Positions 62,700 to 64,000 of a DNA stretch of 64,000 nt are shown here, piece after piece. Position 1 is the first letter of the stretch. Every line of letters begins with the position of its first letter. Source of the DNA: Mobula birostris. Lineage: Eukaryota. The stretch is taken from the NCBI RefSeq assembly GCF_030028105.1, contig NC_092382.1, forward strand, positions 98,472,699-98,536,698, given 5' to 3'. The notes beneath the pieces are model-generated. The model made no database searches. It had not been told where the DNA came from and was given only the letters and a program-made list of their open reading frames with translations. A program made the translations under genes and the position numbers.

Positions 62700-64000
62700 C
62701 ATGAGTGTAAACTTCCATTTTCCTCATAGGCACATGTCTGTCTCAGCTTCCCTGCAAGGTCACTAATCCTTTACCTCTACCACCATACTAGAAGTGAATC
62801 GCATGGACTCTCTGCTTAAAAGTCTAGCCCTTTAATGTTCATTTGAAATTGCCACCTGAAAGTTCCCCGTCACGTTACGCATGTTTCTAAATCAATGATT
62901 CTGGTGTAATCTGCAAAATTATTAGTCAGCACATTTTCATACATCCGATTTTTGGTTGTGTATATCTCAAACCCCGGAACAACTCACTGTCGATCAGTGC
63001 CGATGAACTGTTCTTTATGCGTTGTGATTAACATGCGATTACTGGGTTACAACTTTGTAATTTCTGCATTAATGTCTGTCACCTGCTGGCGGCATTAAGA
63101 ACAAACCTATCATTTCACTGGCTACCTTTCCAACCCATCTGCACTTTCACCAAGCTCCGTCAACAACCACAACTCCATCACATTTTGTGCCGTCTGCAAG
63201 CACGTTTATGCATAATCCCTATTTTATTCCAGAACATCTCCAAATGGTCACGTGCAGAATCGCTGCGCTCCACCACTGCCTTCTGTCCTCTATGTTCAGA
63301 ACATATTTGAATCTACGCTACCTTCTGCAGCTCCGTCTTACGGATCCCCCTCCTGGAAAAGGTCCTTCTCAAATGTCTTACTTTCAGTCTGTTCCCATGG
63401 CTAACAGAATGTCTGACGTTTCTAGTAGCTTAATCAGCATATAAGTATTAGCATTAGGATTGTATGAGGCAACAAGAGCCCCCCGAGTAAACCAACGCCG
63501 TAACAGACAACGGCGGGAAAGGAGCAGATCACCGGATGATCAAACAGAGAAGGAGAAAAGGACAGACTCCGAGGGATCGAAAAAGATGACGTTCGACGTT
63601 TCGGAGAGGTTACGTTCCAATCAGTATCTCATGTGGAATACTCCAGTGTCAGACATTATTCCTGAAATGTCAGCGGGGGAAAAAAAAATCTGATGTATCC
63701 AAACCAATCGAAGGTGTTTGTGCGAGAGCAATACTTCTGACAGCATTTCACATTTCGTGCCGAATCTCAATATATAAATAGACACCCGGTGCGCTTTCCT
63801 CAACAATCACGTTCCCCACATTCCCAATGTACTCAATCCGATCCGACTGATACGATCACCACGGCACAAAGTGACTGTGATGTCCAAGTATGGCAGAATC
63901 ACCCACTTGGTGGAACTCAGAGAGACATTACAGGGAACTGGTGAAGAAGGTAAACTGGAAGGAGCTCTGTGGAAAGCAGATTGTTGACACTCCTCAATCA
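62700..64000. repeat. Start of a fourth segmental unit (3' flank of a GPCR gene)
   Basis: 62713-63400 matches 205-240/1160-1460 and 21150-21750; 63777-63840 matches 1487-1550; 63903-63983 matches 1946-2025. Confidence 0.85.

Noticed and set aside
63585-63610. CCGAAACGTCGAAC on the minus strand as a second hammerhead
   Set aside because: Only the 3' half-motif is present; there is no CUGANGA core or stem II.

Overview
Eukaryotic, repeat-rich vertebrate DNA, most likely from a cartilaginous fish (inferred from the CR1, Penelope, Gmr1-Gypsy, Tc1 and Rex repeat mix and from the receptor family). The window is part of a tandem array of ~16-20+ kb segmental units. Each unit carries one intact two-exon class A GPCR gene on the minus strand, resembling GPR139/GPR142-like receptors. 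Three complete copies were reconstructed by hand (365, 364 and 368 aa; 181-nt first coding exon; phase-1 intron in TM1), and a fourth is predicted just past the right edge. The paralogs are very similar in their TM cores and introns but differ, with in-frame indels, in the N-terminus and extracellular loops. They show mosaic relationships, and copy 1 looks like a fusion of two ancestral paralogs. The spacers are decayed mobile elements, including a three-level nest (CR1 > solo LTR > complete Gmr1-like LTR element with intact TSDs), a Tc1 transposon and a near-full-length CR1 LINE. No rRNA, tRNA or CRISPR features were found. Identity statements are visual estimates, not computed alignments.
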